From the NCBI GenBank assembly GCA_951804945.1, contig OX638161.1:3782001-3846000 (forward strand): a DNA stretch of 64,000 nucleotides, given 5' to 3'. Below, piece by piece: positions 60,608 through 64,000 of this stretch. The translations under genes and the position numbers were made by a program. How positions within the stretch are numbered: the stretch's first letter is position 1; every line of letters starts with the position of its first letter. This DNA comes from Podarcis cretensis. Taxonomy: Eukaryota. The notes under the pieces are model-generated. The model saw only the letters and a program-made list of their open reading frames with translations, was not told the origin of the DNA and did not search any database.

Positions 60608-63600
60608 ATATGAATGCTGGTCAACATTTTTGTGTATGCAGCTGACAACTTGTACAAAACTCAAAGTGGAGACCAAGTGTTCAAGTATCCCTTTTTACAT
60701 GTGGAGTCCCAGTGAAAGAGAGAGAAATGTACCAGAACCTCTTTCCTAACTTGTGCCTGGACAAAACTAAAACTACTAACTAGGAAAAGGTGAGAGTGAA
60801 ACTGTCTAAAAGTGATCCCTTTGCCCTTAAGGATCTGTCACACACTGTACCACAAAATTCCTGACTGCCACAACTGGTGTTCCTCAGAATATTACTGTCC
60901 CTGTCACATCTGGCTTGCAGGTGACAGGCAATTTCAGCTTTCATGTTAAATAAACAACAAAATACCCACATTTCTCACCTTTATGATTGCTGAGATTGGC
61001 TTTAAAGAAGTTGCCAAGTTTATGACTGAGAATAAGTAACTGCCTGCTCTATATTAATACTAGACAACTTCCAACTCTTCAGCAAATTGCTTGAAAGTAT
61101 ACACGTGATCTGGGCCTCAGGTGTATTCTGAGATGAAGATACAAAATGATTAAATGAGTCTTAGACTCCCAATCATTCATACAGCTACGAGGAATGAATT
61201 CAAACCAACTACTTACCAACCACTCAAAGACCACCTTTTCCGGAACTCAACTTTTAATTTTGGCTTCTAGGGCTAATTTTGTTGGGTGGAAGAATATTCA
61301 AGGCTGTTGCCAGAGCTCCCACCTAAGTCAGATATTCTGTGGTTTTGTCACCTGCTGGAGAGCTCATTTACAGCCCAACCTAAATGGGAATATTTGGTTT
61401 TAAGCCAATTTAGTCCTGGGAAAATCTCTGTCACCCAAAATCAAGTCCTCTGGGCCCCTAGGCCTTTGGCATTTGCCCCATTTGGCCAGGTAGGGGTGCT
61501 GGGCCTGATATCATGCATGCACACACATTTCATATTTAAACCTTCCTCGTCCTGAGTGGGCTACCCCTTTTAATGCTTTCAACAGTCCTGTCAGGTTGGA
61601 GAGACTGACTAGCAAAAGGACATTAAAGGAAATCTGTGGCAGAGCAGGTTCCCCAATCGAATTTCGACACCCAAAGAGCAAGTTAATGAATGGGTGAAGA
61701 ATTGCTGGCCTTCTTTTCTAGCTGAAGAGCTTTGTGTAACACTGACTTTTACTCTGATGTGTTCCCCGACAAATAGGACATAAGAAGAGCCAACTGCATG
61801 GGCCATGGCTCATCTAGTCCAGCATTCTGTTCTCACAGTGGCCAACCAGTTGACTTAACACAAGAGCCTCTCCCCTCGCCTGGCCTCCAGCAACTTGTCT
61901 TCAGAAGCACCTAGTCTCCAAACATGCAGGCAGAGAATAGTCTCCATCATGGCTAGTAACCACTGATTTGACCTGTTTCCAAATTCTACAACCATTTTTA
62001 CTGTCTTCCTAAGATTTGATCAAAATAGATAAAGTCAGACCTTTCTAGGGGAAGACTATGGTACGGTAATAAAAATGCATTTTCCCACACCCTCAGTATA
62101 TGGCAGTGTGCACCAATAAGCACTCAGGGGTTGAGCATATAGATGAAGGCATTCCTTAACATAAGCCCTAAAGTAATCTGAAATTCTGAGAAAACCAAGA
62201 ACATAAGAACAGCCCTGCTAGATGATACCAATGGCCTCTCTATTGGTTAGTCTAATGTCTGCTTCCAGCAGGAACTGCTTCCAGGAAGCTCAAAAGCAAG
62301 GCATGCTGAGAACTGATGTTTATCCCTCAGTAACTGGGATTTGGAGATACACTACCTCTGAACCTGGAACTTTCATTTAGCCACTCACAGACCGACCTCT
62401 CCTTCTATGCCCAGGAGCCATCACCACATTTGCTGCATTGAATTTTATAATAGCCCGCAGACCAGGAGCAAGAAACTACCCTGAAAGAATTATGTTCCTC
62501 CCCTGAGGTTCTCCAGTGTTTGCATTTGAAAAAGGAAATGAATTTTTTATGGTCTCATTTGAAATTATCAGGGCAAAACTGAGTTTCAGGAAAGGACAAA
62601 GGAGAGTTTACTTCTGCCCTGTAAAATACATTATCCCCTGAATGATCAGGGCCAGAGGGGAACATACTCAATCCCTGAACATTGAATTGCAGTTGAGTGG
62701 GCAGATCAAAGGTTTGCAGACACAACTAACAGCTCACTTGTTATCTAATCTAGAGCCTCTGATGAAAAGAATGCAAAACCAGAGAGGAACCACCATTTCT
62801 AATTATGGATGCTTATGAAAGTAAATTCAAGAAAATGTAATTTAATCCCCAAATACACTAATTCCCACATCATTTAAGAGGCTGTGGGATCCGTGATTGT
62901 ACTACATTGTACTGACAAGACTATGGCCCCCACTCAGGTTCACTTGCACAATAAAGCCACCATGAAGAGACTTTGGACTCATCCACACTTCCACTTGTGC
63001 TGGGCCTAGAAAGCACAGATGCAAGCAGCTTCCCCCTTGCCCTGCTCCTTTCCAAGGGAAAACCTGCTCTTTAGCGACAGATTGGAATAAATTGCAATCC
63101 TGGGAAAACCCAAATTGCCATTTGCACTGATTGAGTGATAAAGAGTTGTTTCCCTGGGGGAGGAAAATCAGGGGGATAAGAGGAAGAGAGGATAAGCCCT
63201 TTATCGTGTCCACATCATGAAAGGAACAGATCTTACGAAGCCACCGCTGTGCAGGGAGAGCCTGTGTGTGTGTGTGTGTGTGTGTGTTTGCACCTGGTTA
63301 AATTTAATCCTTAATCAAGGTCTCTTGCAGTGCAGTACCAATTATCGGCACACATGGGTACACCTACAAGAAACATTAGTTATGTGAAATTTGGCAGAAC
63401 AAAGGCATCTTCTCATGAGTTTCACCATCAAGCTTTGCAGAAACATGTGAAAATGTCGTTGTACAGGATATGAAGGGCAGTGAGATCCTGCCTGCTGAGC
63501 TCCAAGGTTGAACATGCCTGTTTGTATCAGATAGACAGTGTAAGTAGCACCTACACAGACAATGGAGGGAAAAAAGAAGGGCATGGGCAGGTGTGAGGCA

Positions 63601-64000
63601 GGAGAGAGGCAGAGGGCAGGGAACGAAATGTGAGCCTCATAGAGGAGACTGAGGCTGAAGACTGCTACTGCTCCAATCACATGCTTATTTTAACACCGAA
63701 ACTGATATGTTAAAGAACATATAGGTGACCAAAAAATGCAGCCCTATATATATTTATTTGGGTATCCCACTCTAACTGTGCATAACTGTTGTCATTATAT
63801 TTTTTTTTTAAAAAAGAAGCAAAAAAGTAAACAATTTCTGTCCTTGAAGAACCCACACACCTTATAGAGCAATCTTAATGATCCCATCCGTACACAGATG
63901 TGCCTTCTCCCTGCTGTTGCTCTACCACTGGGAAAATCCATTGGCAATACTTTCTGGGATATTAAAAACATTTCAATGGATCATTGCGGGAATTTTTTAA

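Overview
Vertebrate (squamate, probably lacertid lizard) genomic DNA. The one protein-coding gene is SLC9A3 (Na+/H+ exchanger NHE3) on the minus strand. Coding exons 1-6 lie at 32303-32513, 6924-7226, 5306-5466, 4735-4813, 1744-1921 and 452-672, all with GT-AG junctions and consistent phases. The gene continues off the left edge. It has a ~25 kb first intron and a CpG-island promoter. The other ~31 kb upstream shows no recognisable exons. The window is dense in transposable elements: three young CR1 LINE copies plus older CR1, L2, RTE and BovB fragments, seven Sauria SINEs in two subfamilies, other tRNA-derived SINEs, hAT and Tc1/mariner-type MITEs with intact TSDs, solo LTRs and Penelope-like remnants, often nested. 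There is one 137-N assembly gap. I found no convincing new biological system. The best leads are an inverted pair of near-identical CR1s in intron 1 sharing YADD, a CR1 with four microhomology-bounded deletions, an inverted Penelope-like insertion, a (GGC)n tract between the TATA-like box and the presumed TSS, and candidate GATA/HNF1/nuclear-receptor enhancers. Family names come from my recognition of the sequence, not from database searches.
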